Source of the DNA: Octopus bimaculoides
Lineage: Eukaryota
NCBI RefSeq assembly: GCF_001194135.2
Contig: NC_068987.1
Coordinates: 48,162,978 to 48,226,624 of the forward strand
Direction of reading: 5' to 3'
Length of the DNA stretch: 63,647 nucleotides
Shown here in pieces: positions 39,882-52,233 of the stretch (its first letter is position 1; each line of letters begins with the position of its first letter). The notes beneath the pieces were generated by a model. That model saw nothing but the letters and a program-made list of their open reading frames with translations, had not been told where the DNA came from and did not search any database. A program made the translations under genes and the position numbers.

Positions 39882-41157
39882 CAAGGGGATACTCAAAAGT
39901 AATTGGAAACATTCTCTGTGGGGCAAGCTAGTTGTAGTTCAGACTTCTGCTACTAGAAACCATATGATGCGACCCTCAAGCATCAGTCTACTGACCAGTC
40001 TTATCAAGTATGGTTGTACTGCCACATGGTGCATCACTGTCTTGCAGTGCTTCTTCCCGGTTCATCAATTTTGGCAATAGCTGAAATGAAGGAACAGTGT
40101 GCTTCTGTGAAATTCTGTTTTCTGCTTCAAACAACTTACATGGATGCTGTCATGAGCAAAACACAAGTTTATGAGTGGTTTCCATGCTTTAGGAATGGTC
40201 ACATGTTGCTTTAAGACCAACCTTGTTCAGGGCGACTGTCAACCTCCCAAATGAATGAAAACATCATGAAAATTCATGAACTGATCTTGGAGGACCATTG
40301 CCAAACAACTGACAAACTTGTTGATATGACTGGTGTGTTCTGGAGGTCCTGCTAATGAATTTTGAGCAAGGAAATGCGAATGAAAAGAGTTGCAGCAAAA
40401 TTTGTGCACAGCTTGTTCATGGAAAATCAAGAGCAGTCACGATTGAATGCACATCATGAATTGAAAGAACAGTTGGAAGTTGATCTCGACTTTTTTTAAA
40501 GGTCATCCACTGGTGAGGAAAGCTGGTGTTATGGCTATGGCCTGCAAACAAAGCAGCAATGAAGTCAATGGAAGCATTCAATGTCACCACGCCTCAAAAA
40601 AGCGCATCAAGTGAAGTGCAATGTCAAGACAATGCTGATTTGTTTCATCGATGTGAAATGGATTGTCCACACAGAATTTGTTTCTCCCAGTCAAACTATT
40701 AACCAAACATTTTACTTGGAAGTTCTGAAATGTTTGCGATACGTGGTGAGACAAAAACACCCCAACCTGTGGCAAAGTGGAGAGTGGTGGTTTCATCATG
40801 ACAATGTGTCTGCACACAGCATCTTGAGTGTAAGACAGTTTTTGACCAAAAATGGTATGAGCCCGCTTATCCACACTCCCTATTCACCTAATCTTCCCTC
40901 CTACAACTTTTTTTTTTGTTCCCCTGAATGAAGAAGTCCTGAAAAGTAAACGTTTTGCAGATGTGGAAGAGGTGAAGGAAAAAAAAATCAATGGAGGTGT
41001 TAAAAAAGGTATCACTACGCAAGAGTTCCAGGACTACTTCAAACAGTAGAAAACGCATCTAGAGTGATGCATTGCTTCAAATGGAGAATGCTTTGAAGGT
41101 AATAAACATGTAAAAGTAAGTGAATACAATAATACTGCAAAATTCCGGTTTCTTGAG
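39882..41157 (+). mobile_element. Mariner relic of a second family
   Basis: TA plus terminal caaggggatactcaaaag. SKTQVYEWF, MLICF, FHHDN and PYSPNL motifs, with stops and frameshifts. Confidence 0.85.
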
Positions 41158-41441
41158 AATGACTGATTGAAAGAAAAATTTTAACTCTTGTTACCATATT
41201 TGTACTGAGATACAATGCCTTTGTTTCAATTGGTTTTGAAAATAATGAAGAATTTAGTAAAATAACTCATTATTAAGCTGGTGTTTGGGACATAAATTAA
41301 CATGGAATTTTGAGGAAAGTTTTAGATCACTTTAAACAATAAGAATTAATCATTGAACCAGAGATGATCTCAGGCGAGTTAATAACAAAAGGGTTGAATT
41401 TATATTTTTAAAAATTTACCAAGTGAAGAATACAAACATAC

Positions 41442-41551
41442 CTTATTTGCTTGGGTGTTTTCTGTTTTACTAACAAAACAATTGGGAATATTTGCTGCCG
41501 GTGAAGCCGGTCAATAGCTTCTGGACTTACATTCAGCAAACAATGGCAATT
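41442..41551 (-). CDS. DLG5: DLG5-like exon, GK domain
   Basis: AG/GT bounded, 110 nt, NCHCLLNVSPEAIDRLHRQQIFPIVLLVKQKTPKQI (HCLLD...IERL...IYPIV motif). Confidence 0.95.
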
Positions 41552-41798
41552 CTAGCAAAGGAAAACAATAACATACATCACTGTTGGTAGATGACAACAA
41601 AATGGTAGCCTCATATGGGAAGGAAATTCTTACTGAGAAGTGACACCTAATCCTTTCATGAACAACACTCAAGTAAAGTTTTCAAAGTTACTACAAACAT
41701 TTGGTCTCAAAATTTCTGCCGATTTCTCATGGCAACCTCACATATACACAGGATTGCCAAAATGATATCTAAATGACTAGACATTCTCTTTTGTTACA

Positions 41799-42161
41799 GA
41801 GGGTGAGCACTAAGCAGTGAAAAGTAGAATTGTAATGTTATTATCAGTCTGAATATGCCTGAGGCACATTTGAACCAGTGAACAAGCTACTCACTGCATT
41901 TTGTCACAGAAAATATATCCTGTTTGTTGACAAATGGTGTGTATACACCTATATCATCTTGCAGTACCATCTACCCAGCACCGTGCCGTAGATGGCACTG
42001 CAAGCTGATATAGGTGTATACACCATTTGTCAACAAACGGGATATATTTTCCATGAAAAAACACAGTGAGTAGCTTGTTCACTGGTTCGAACATGCCTCA
42101 AGCATATTCAGGCTGATAATAACATTACAAGTTTACTTATCATTGCTTAGCACTCCCACTC
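41799..42161. repeat. Intronic foldback (~175-bp arms, 13-nt loop); third arm copy at about 42330-42500
   Basis: 41799-41974 is an imperfect reverse complement of 41988-42161. Confidence 0.9.
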
Positions 42162-43260
42162 CATAATTTACTCATAATGAGCCACCGCACAGCACTGCCA
42201 GTTACCTTATGGCAACTGGAAAAGCATAAGAGAATTAGACTCTTTAATCAGCTCACAGCGCCGCCTGCTTGGTGACTGTGACGGAAGAGGAGATAACTAC
42301 TTCAAAATGCTTGCATCTCATGGTCTGGGTAGACAGTGTTGCGAGCTGATATAGGTGTATACACACCGTTTGTCAACAAACAGGCTATAGTTTCTATGAC
42401 AAAATGCAGTGAGAAGCTTGTTCAGTTCAAACGTGACTCAAGCATATTTGGAATGATAAAAGCATATTTGGACTGATAATAACATTACAATTCTCTTTTG
42501 TGTCAGAAAATATTTCAAACACTGATTAGTTCTTCAAAGATAAACTAAGACCCACAAAGAGTATTGCCTACATGTGGTTGGAAAGTGAACTTCTTAACCA
42601 CACAACCATGCCTGCACTGAGGAGATAAAAACAAAGATTTTTAAAATAGGTACAAAATTATATTTGTAGATGCAAGGTTTAATTGATAAAAGAGACCTTT
42701 GTTATCTAACTTCTACTAATTTTATCAGATAACAACAGTTATGGCACAAGGCCAGCAATTTTGAGGGGAGTGGGTTAGCTGATAACAACTCCAGTACTTC
42801 ATTTGTGCTTTATTTTATCAACTCCAAAATGATGAAAGGTGAAGTTGACCTCGGTGGCATTTGAAGTCAGAATGGAAAGAGTCAAAAGAAATTCTGCCAA
42901 CATGTCACCTTATAAAATAATAATAATAATAGTAATAATACTAATAATCCTTTCTACTAAAGGCACAAGGCCTGAAATTTGCAGGGAGGGGACTAGTTGA
43001 TTACGTTGACCCCAGTGTTTCACTGGTACTTAAGTTATTGACCCCAAAAGGATGAAAGGCAAAGGTGACCATGACGGAATTAGAACTCAGAACATAGTGG
43101 AAGATGAAATACCACTAAGCATTCCACCCAGTGTGCTAATGATTCTGCCAGCTTACTGCCTCAATAATGATGATAACAACAACAACAATAATAATAATAA
43201 TAGTTTCAAATTTTACCTCAAGGACAGCCATTTTGGGGAGAGGATGAGTTGATTGCATTG

Positions 43261-43377
43261 TGTTTCACTGGTACTAGTGTTTCACTGGTACTAGTGTTTC
43301 ACTGGTACTAATGTTTCACTGGTACTAGTGTTTCACTGGTACTAGTGTTTCACTGGTACTAGTGTTTCACTGGTACT
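43261..43377. repeat. 17-bp minisatellite x7 inside a SINE B copy
   Basis: (tgtttcactggtactag)n with one unit variant and a truncated last unit. Confidence 0.95.
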
Positions 43378-44625
43378 TAATTTATCGACCCCAAAATGAT
43401 GAAAGGCAAAGTCAACTTTGGTGGAATTTGAACTCAGAATGTAGCAATGGGCAAAATACTGCTAAGCATTTCGTCCAGCGTGCTAACGATGCTGCCAGCT
43501 CGCTGCCTTAATAATACAATTCTGTCAGCTCACTGCCTTAATAATAATAATGATGATAATAAAAATTATTGTTAATGATAATTCTTTCTACTACAGGCAC
43601 AAGGCCTGAAATTTTGGGGGAGGGTGCTACTAAATTACAATGAGTGCAGTGTGCTCAACTGATACTTATTTTATTGCTCCTGAAAGGATGAAAGGCTACC
43701 AAGCATTTTATCTGCTGTGCTAATAATTCTGCTGTCTATCCAACTAATAATAATAATGATGATTTGAAATTTTGGGACAAGGCCGGCAATTTCAGCAGAG
43801 GGAGTAAGTTGATTACATCGAACTCCAGTATTCAACTGGTATTTATTTTATCAACCTCAAAAGGATGAAAGGCGAAGTTGACCTTGGTGGAATTAAATCT
43901 GAAAACATAAAGATGGATGAAATGCCACTAAGCATTTTGCCCAGCATGCTAACAATTCTGCTAACACACCATCTTTGAGGATAAAAGGCAAAGTTGACTT
44001 TGGCACAATTTGAACGGAGAACATAAAGACAGATGAAATGTTGCTAAGTATTTTGTCTGGCGTGCTAACGATTCTGCCAGCTTGCTGCCTTGATGATGAT
44101 GATGATGGTGATCCTTTCTATTAAAGGCACAAGGCTTGAAATTTTAGGGGAGGGGACTAGTCAGTTACATCAACCCAGCACTTGACTGGTACTTATTTCA
44201 TTGACCCCAGCACTTGACTGGATCTTATTCTATCAACCTTGAAAGGATGAAAAGCAAAGTTGACCTTGGTAGAATTTGCACTCAGAACATAGCAACAGAT
44301 GAAATGCCACTAACAATTCTGCCAGCTTGCTATTATTATCATTATTATTATAATTATTGTTATGATGATGATGAACTAAAATAGAACATTAAACTGATTT
44401 ATAAACCAGCTATGAAAGAAAACAGTTAATGAGAGTTGTATTCAAGGACAAAATCTAACAACTGAAGCAAAGTAAAAAACTGTTGAAATATTAAAGCGAC
44501 CAGTTATATGAGACTAATACAATAAGTTGAACATTTAACAATTGCTATACTAGATTACTACTCCATTGTTATATTCACATACAAAGGAGAAGACTTGTCA
44601 ATAGTGTTTTGAGGAATAGACATAC

Positions 44626-44753
44626 CTTATCACAGATTCTTTTAACAGATGATACAGTATAACATTCACAATAGTTTTCTCTTTTGTAACATTCTAAAAT
44701 AAAGCCTTCAGCTTGTCCTTTCTCTATATTCTGGGCATTATTTTCCAATGTAG
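44626..44753 (-). CDS. DLG5: DLG5-like exon, GK domain
   Basis: AG/GT bounded, 128 nt, TTLENNAQNIEKGQAEGFILECYKRENYCECYTVSSVKRICDK. Phase 1 in, phase 0 out. Confidence 0.9.
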
Positions 44754-45849
44754 CTACAATGAAAATAGAAAGTGTTGATGTTAAATGCCAGATAAGAATA
44801 GAAAGAATAAGCGTAATTCTTGAATTTATTGAGAAATATATTGGAATGAGTCATGCAAATGCTTTGTAGTCCTGTCTGATAAAATGGAAAATGCATTACC
44901 CAATAAAATGGTGAGAAAGAAATGCCAAAACAGCCACTCCATATTGTGAGGCTCATTTTTCACATTGCAAGAATTTCTTCATTTATTTTTATTTTATGTA
45001 TAACCTCTAGTCTTCAAGCATAAAATCACCTCATGCTCTACTTACTTCCTCTCATTTAAAAGAGAGGTTAGACTCGTGAGCTGCTTGATGATCTCACTAG
45101 TGCTGATGCCATGACAAAAGCACACAATACATGCTGTAAAGTGTTTGGCATTATGACAGGTGTCCAGCCATAGAAACCATGACAAAATTGACACAAGCAC
45201 AATGTGGTCTTGCAGTTTGCTGGATCCTGGCCAACTGTCCAACCCATGCCAGCATGGAAAGTGGATGTTAAATGATGATGATGTTTAGTCTCATTACATG
45301 GCAGCTTATGCATCTGTTCTCTACTATAAACATGGGCCAACCAAAACATTGTGTGTTAATTTCATATATGGACACTAACAAGCCTCTGGTACATGTGTCC
45401 CTCTTTGTCTTGACAATATTAAGACAAGACTTTGTAATGGTACTTATAAATGAGTAGCACCATTATACAACCAGTGTTGTGCAGTTCTAATCTTCTATGA
45501 AAACATCATCATCATCATTTAACGTCCGTTTTCCATGCTAGTATGAGTTGGATGGTTCGACTGGGGTCTGGGAAGCCAGGAGGCTGCACCAGGCTCCAGC
45601 CTGATCTGGCAGTGTTTCTACAGCTGGATGCCCTTCCTAACGCCAACTACTCCGTGAGTGTAGTGGGTGCTTTTTACCCGCCACCAGCACAGGGGCCAGA
45701 GGAGGCTGGCAAAGACCATGATCAGTTGGTGCTTTTTACATGCCACCAGCACGGAAGCCATTCAGGGTGGCGCTGGCATCGGCCACATTTGGATGGTGCT
45801 TTTTACGTGCCACCAGCACGGGTATCACAACTACAATTTCCATTTGATT

Positions 45850-47780
45850 TTCATTTTGATGTTGATGTACTTGACTCAATAGGTCTCCGCAAGCACAGCA
45901 GGTTGCCCCACAATCCAAGGTACTTTTGAATGGGCTGGGGCTGGTTATGCAAAACTGGTGTAGGATACAGCCATGAACTCACTTTATTTGTCGGGTCTTC
46001 GCAGTCACAGCATATCTCCAGAGATCTTGGTCTTTCGTCATTGCCTCTGTGAGGTCTATCGTTCGAAGGTCATGCTTCACCACCTCATCCCATGTCTTCC
46101 TGGGTCTACCTCTACTCCGGATTCCTTCAACTGTTTGGGAGTGGCACTTCTTCACATAGCTCCCCTCATCCATCTGTAGTACATGATCATACCAGCACAA
46201 ACGTCTCTCTTGCATGCCACATCTGATGCTTCTTACGTCCAACATTTCTCTCAGGGTGCTTACACTCTGTCGTGTGTGCACACTGACATTACACATCCAG
46301 CGGATCATGCTAGCATGTCTTCCGCAGTCACAGCCCATGTTTCACTGCTGTCAAGCATGCCAGTTCACACACATGCATCGTACAATCTACCTTTCACTCT
46401 GAGCAAGAAGCCCTTTGTCACCTGCAGGGATAAAAGCGTTCTACACTTTGCCCAGGCTATTCTTATTCTAGTGGCAACACTCTCAGAGCATCCACCCTCA
46501 CTATTAACTTGGTCACCTAGGTAGCAGAAGCTATCAACTACTTCTAGTTTCTCCCGCTGGAGTGTGATAGAATCTGTTTTCTGAGCATCTGTAGTGTTTA
46601 TTGCCCCTGTGCATCTGCCATACATGAAAGTTATCTTCCCGGTTAATCTTCTTTTGATATTGCTGCACCTTGTATGTGTCCATAGCTTACACTGGGTACA
46701 TCTTGTGGAGTTTCTACAGATCTAGCAGGGCCACCTACCTGAGGGGATGTGTGATGAGTTCGCCTTCCTACTTACTAGAACTTTGGTCTTTGCTACATTG
46801 ACTCTAAGGCCTTTTGATTCTAAACCTTGCTTCCACACCTGAAATTTCTTCTCTAGTTCTGATAGTGATTCAGCTATGAGGGCCAGGTCATCAGCATAGA
46901 GGAGCTCCCAGGGACAACCCATCTTGAATTCCTCTGTTATTGCCTGGAGGACTATGATGAATAAAAGGGGACTGAGGGCTGATCCATGTTGGACCCTTAC
47001 TTCTACACGGAATTCTTCACTATACTCATTGCAAATCCTAACCTTACTAATGACCTCTCAGTATAGGGCTTGTACAGCCCTTATTAACCATTTGTCAATC
47101 TCCAGTTTCCGCATCGCCCACCAGATAAGGGATCGGGCGACCCTGTCAAAGGCTTACTTTAAGTCCACAAAAGCTAAGTATAGGGGTTTATCTTTAGCTA
47201 GGTATTTCTCCAGCAGTTGTCAAACCAGGAATATAATAACATCAGCGGTGCTTCTACCTGGCACAAAACTGAACTGCATCTCATCTAAGCAGACTCTCAC
47301 CCTAATTAGTTGGGCAATGACCCTCTCTATGACCTTCATCACCTTATCCAGCAGTTTGATACCCCTGTAGTTATTTCTATCTAGAGCATCACCTTTACCC
47401 TTGTAGCAATTGACTATGATACTGCTACGCCAGTCATTGGGTATGACTCCATCATGAACAACCTGGTTTACAATGCGGGTGACTAGGCCATAGCTCACAC
47501 CACCAGATGTTTTAAGCATCTCAGCAGTGATTCCTGATGGGCTGGGGGCTTTTCCTGGCTTCATACCTTTAATTGCTTTATCTACCAGGGAGCTGTCTAT
47601 TCGGATAGCTGGTCCGTTTACTGGTTCACCATTTGGCAGGCTCTCCTTCTCCCATTCATTCTCCACGTTCAGCAGTCTTTCATAATGGCTTCTCCAAGAC
47701 TCTTTCTTTTCAGAATCATTAAAAGCAAGCGCACCATTATCCATGCTGACACATTTCTCTCTTGTGACATCTGGTAATTG
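45850..47780 (-). mobile_element. 5'-truncated RTE-clade LINE (RT and C-terminus), degraded
   Basis: YKGKGDALDRNNYRGIKLL, LLYADDL, FCYLG and GRPRKTW motifs across frameshifts. Confidence 0.92.
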
Positions 47781-48361
47781 GAAAAAGATCGTCACTTGAA
47801 AAAGGTGAGGATTGATGGCAGAAGGAGCGTCCAGTTGTAAAAAAATCTGCCTCAACTAATTCTGACTGACCAATGCAAGCATGGAAAAGTGGATGTTAAT
47901 ATGATGATAATGATGATGTACACAAAACCACATAGATTCATAAAAATAAGTATTGACAATGTTGAGTGCAGACGTTTTACCACTACGATTATTCATTATC
48001 AAAAAGTTCATCACATTTTAAGTAATGATTTCAAATTTTGGCATAAGGCCAGTAATTTTGGGTGAGGGGTACATCAACCCCAGTGCTTGACTGGTACTTA
48101 TTTTATCAACCCCAAAAGGATGAAAGGCAAAGTCAACCTCAGTGGAATTTGAATTCAGAACATAAAGACAGATAAAATACTGCTCAGCATTTTTCCCAGC
48201 ATGCTAATGATTCTGCCAGTTCACCTTAATCATGTTTTAAAGAAAAAAACATCTTGTCTATATGTTAAGTTAGGTTTGAAAAGTAAAATAATTCAAAAAT
48301 GAACAACATATTTAAAACAATTGAATATTAGGTTTAAATATTCTTTCAATATTTAACTTAC

Positions 48362-48463
48362 TGATATCACACTTGCAAAACTTATCAGGGGACTCTGCAG
48401 TTAACTTGTTGATCAAAGGTTCAGCTAAAGGAGCAAGCAAAATAACAGGACGAATAGCTGAGC
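48362..48463 (-). CDS. DLG5: DLG5-like exon, guanylate-kinase-like domain
   Basis: AG/GT bounded, 102 nt, GSAIRPVILLAPLAEPLINKLTAESPDKFCKCDI (MAGUK RPV.ILGP motif). Confidence 0.93.
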
Positions 48464-49330
48464 CTAAAAATGAAAGCATTACATTTTAACAAAATAGTAG
48501 TTGAGCCTAAAAATAGAAACATATTTTAGAAAAACAGCATAATTCTCAAACAAAACAAACATCTTAAAGTTTATGTAGACAATGCTGAAACTAACTTTTC
48601 AAATTTGCTCTAAACTAGGGGTTTGTAACTTGCAGCCTTTGAAGCCTGTATGTGCAGCTTTCTGGATTTTGTTGACGACAAAGTATAATATTTATTTTAA
48701 TGTTTTTTTTTAAATTCTTGAAGTCATGAAAAGGTCGGTTTATATTTTTATTTTTCTGTGGTTAAGAAGTTTGATTCTTAACTACATATAAACAAAATTA
48801 CATATTTTCATGTATCTAATAAAAACTTTTTTTTAACAAAACCTTCAAATATAAATAAAGCTACCTATTCCTTATCTTAACATTGTTATTGTTCTCGTTT
48901 TATGAACTTAAAAAGTACACACAGCAAATATAAACTGCATCTCATAGCAAAGGTTACAATGAAGAACTCAATATTTGAGAATGTTAACACTGATTATAAA
49001 TGTAATTAGTAAACTAAAGTGTATATGGGTTACAGGTCAGCATTCTATTAGCTGGATAATTATATACTGCATATTGTATTTACTAGGTAAATGAAATTTG
49101 TTTTGATAACTAATCAATTAGGGACAGTCGCTAAATTTAACCTGTCAATGAATGATTAATGTGTCTTTACTCCCCTTGGTGTTCAAACAACATGAAAGAA
49201 GTTCTTCATATTTCAACAGGTTTTTGAGCATAAGACATATTCAGTTGAGCTGTCACAGCACATCATCCATTCATTCATTCATGCATACATGTTTGTTTGT
49301 ATAGTAGGGCACATGTTTATTAAACTTTTA

Positions 49331-49441
49331 CAAGGAAAAATTTGATAGTGACTTCAAAATTTTGGCTTGTTCACCTTTACCAAGCTGTCTGGTGAAGGTA
49401 AACAAGATGAAACTTTGAAGTTACTGTCAACCTTCTCCTTG
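49331..49441. repeat. ~110-bp palindromic element; related copy at 50853-50957 in opposite orientation
   Basis: 52-bp imperfect arms around the loop AGCTGTC. Confidence 0.8.
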
Positions 49442-50456
49442 AAAATGTGTGTGTGCATATGTGATTTTACTGGTGCTGGTGTCACATAAAAAGCACCCAG
49501 ACCGCTCTGTGAAGTAGCTAACATTAGGAAGGGTAATCAGCTGTAAGAAAAATACCAAAGCACAAAGTCCCCAGGTTTACCAACTCCTGTCAAACTGTCC
49601 GACCCACGCCAGCATGGAAGATGGAAGTTAAACAATGATGATAATGACACACACATGCATGCATGCATACACAAATTTTAAACATTGGTTTTACACTGTC
49701 ATCTTAACACTTGTGCTAACCAGACATTCCACTACAAAGACACCTTAAAAGATGGCTAATTTCATCATATGCCTGCAATTTGGAGCTGGATATTCTAGTG
49801 CTTTTATCCTTACATAATCTCCATTATTACAATTATCTCTTAACACTGGAATAAAAATTTTTGTCTATGACTACACAGCATCACGTCAACTACAAGCATT
49901 CTAGTGATAAACAGAAAATATATCATAAATTATGTTTTCCAGAAAGTTGTGGATATCTGATCTGCCAAATGGATGTTTATTCCTAATTGTTATTTAGAAA
50001 TTATCAATTACTGTTCAGGCCATACAAGATTTCAGATAATGGAATGTTAATTGCAAATTCTACTAAATATAGTGGTTAAGTGGTTAGAAGAAACTAGAAG
50101 AATATCTTTACTCACTTCTTATTTAGCAGAGATAAATAGACTAACATGTCAAATTTAAAATACCAAATAACAGCAGGGAAATAGTAATTTAATAGTGGTT
50201 TACAAGATCAAATACAGTTGTAGTGTTTTGGCATTCAACAGAGCCAGTTATACTGTACACATATTGATTTGATTGAACTTGGAGAGATAAAAGGTGAAGT
50301 TGTCAGCAGTGAAATTTCAGTTGAAAATATTGATGGTGAAACTAAATATAGCAAGGCATTTAGTCAGTTGCTCTACTGATTCCATTACTAAGATGAATAA
50401 CCATTTTAGGTATATATCAACTATTTTTGAACAGGCATAAAAATAAATACACTTAC

Positions 50457-50498
50457 CTTCATTTTTCTCAACTTTAGTAAATCCACAAAAATAACCAT
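50457..50498 (-). CDS. DLG5: DLG5-like 42-nt exon at the start of the GK region
   Basis: ttttctcttttaAG ... GTAAGT. (D)GYFCGFTKVEKNE aligns positionally to recalled SLAYQRVQKVD. Phase 1 in and out. Confidence 0.7.
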
Positions 50499-52002
50499 CT
50501 TAAAAGAGAAAAATATATATGTATGATATCTGTATATATATATAGTTTGATTTTAAGTCAAGCTGTATATAAAAGCAATTTAACATGAAACTGAAGGATT
50601 GCTTGACACTTTTTAGAAGTAGAGTCCAAATTTATTAACCCTTTTGTAACAATAATTCTGTTGAAATACACTGCCTTTGTTTCAATTAATTTTGAAAAGA
50701 ATGAAGAACTTAGTAAAATAACATTGCCAAAATTAAGCTGAAATGTAGAACATAGATTAATAAGAAATTTTGATGGAAGATTTTAATTTAGATCACTTTA
50801 AAACAGGAAGTTTATGACATAGAATCAAGGATGGTCTCAGGTGGTTTGGTATCAAGGAGAAACTTGGCAGTAGCTTTGAAGTTTTGGTTGGCTCACCTTC
50901 ATCAGACAGCCAAAGGAAAGCAAGCAGAAACTTTGAAGGTACTGTCAACTTCTTCCATATAAAAGTTAATATATATAACATATTTCCACCCACCCTTATA
51001 TAATGCAAGTTAGACACCTGTTCCTCTCCCTTGATCATATTTTAGCTTCTCCATATCTGGTATAAAGATACCTCCCTCTCTACTACAACCCCACTCGGTT
51101 GAGGGGACTTCTTTGTAAGTTACTTGGAAACCTTACTAATGCTTGTGCCATGAAAAAAAGCATCCAATACACTTTGTAAAGCAGTCGCCATTAAGAAGGG
51201 CATCCACTCATAGAAACCATGTTTGATAAACCACAAATAAGGTAACACCATAGTTAGTGTTCATGGTCAGTGATTATGAAGAATCAACTGAATCTGTTTC
51301 CTTTAAAATGTCAAAATTATATTACAGATAATTGCTTCTTAGATCAACACCTTTCCATGGAGATCTATTATATCAAATATAAATATACAAAATACAATAA
51401 CAGCATCCATTGACAAGGTTGCAAAAGCAACAAAACTTTTAGAAGAAAAAATATGAATAATAAATGAGTGGAAACTGAACCAGTGGATAGACAATATGAC
51501 TCTCCCCAAACACAACAAAATAATAGCCTTGTTAAATATATTTGTAATTATGCACATTCATACAACGCATAGGAAATGTTATCTATGATACTTAAAATGG
51601 TGGTGACTTAAAATATCCTTTTCCGTCTATGTTTTTTCAAGTTTCCAGCAAATAATAATCATCATCATCATCATTTAACATCCGTGTTCCATGCTATCAT
51701 GGGTACAATGGTACCACAAGAGCTGGCCAGGCAAAGCCTGCACCAGACTTCTGTGATTGTTTTGGTAGGATTTTTACAGCTGGATGCCCTTCCTAACACC
51801 AACCACTCAGCAGAGTGCACTTAGTGCTTTTTATGTAGCACAAGCACAGACAAGGTGAGTAGTGCTTTTTACGTAGCACAAGCACAGATGAGGTCAGTTT
51901 TGGCGAGGTTTTTACAGCTGGATGACCTTCCGAACACCAACCACTTTACAGTATAGACTGGGTGCTTTTAACTGACACCTGCACTGATAGGATTATCAAG
52001 TA

Positions 52003-52233
52003 GGCGGTGAGCTGGCAGAAACATTAGCACGCTGGGTGAAATGCTTAGCGGTATTTCGTCTGCCGTTACGTTCTGAGTTCAAATTTCGCCGGGGTTGACT
52101 TTGCTTTTCATCCTTTCGGGGTCGATAAATTAAGTACCAGCTACGCACTGGGGTTGATCTAATCGACTTAATCCCTTTGTCTGTCCTTGTTTGTCCCCTC
52201 TATGTTTAGCCCCTTGTGGGCAATAAAGAAATA
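52003..52233 (+). mobile_element. tRNA-derived SINE family B, best-preserved copy; more than 15 further copies including arrays at 28960-30640 and 42730-44340
   Basis: Head ggtgagctggcagaaac...gagttcaaattt and shared core cctttcatcctttcggggtcgataaattaagtaccag. Confidence 0.8.

Noticed and set aside
43261-43377. Regular short direct repeats suggesting a CRISPR array
   Set aside because: Units are contiguous with no spacers, lie inside a SINE in a eukaryotic intron, and no cas genes are present.
44760-45000. Weak MULE-transposase-like peptide (TATPYCEAHFSH)
   Set aside because: One short motif with stops. Too little to support a call.
51339-51557. Hydrophobic 72-aa minus-strand ORF resembling a membrane peptide
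   Set aside because: AT-rich DNA yields I/F/L-rich ORFs by chance. It is intronic with no family motif.
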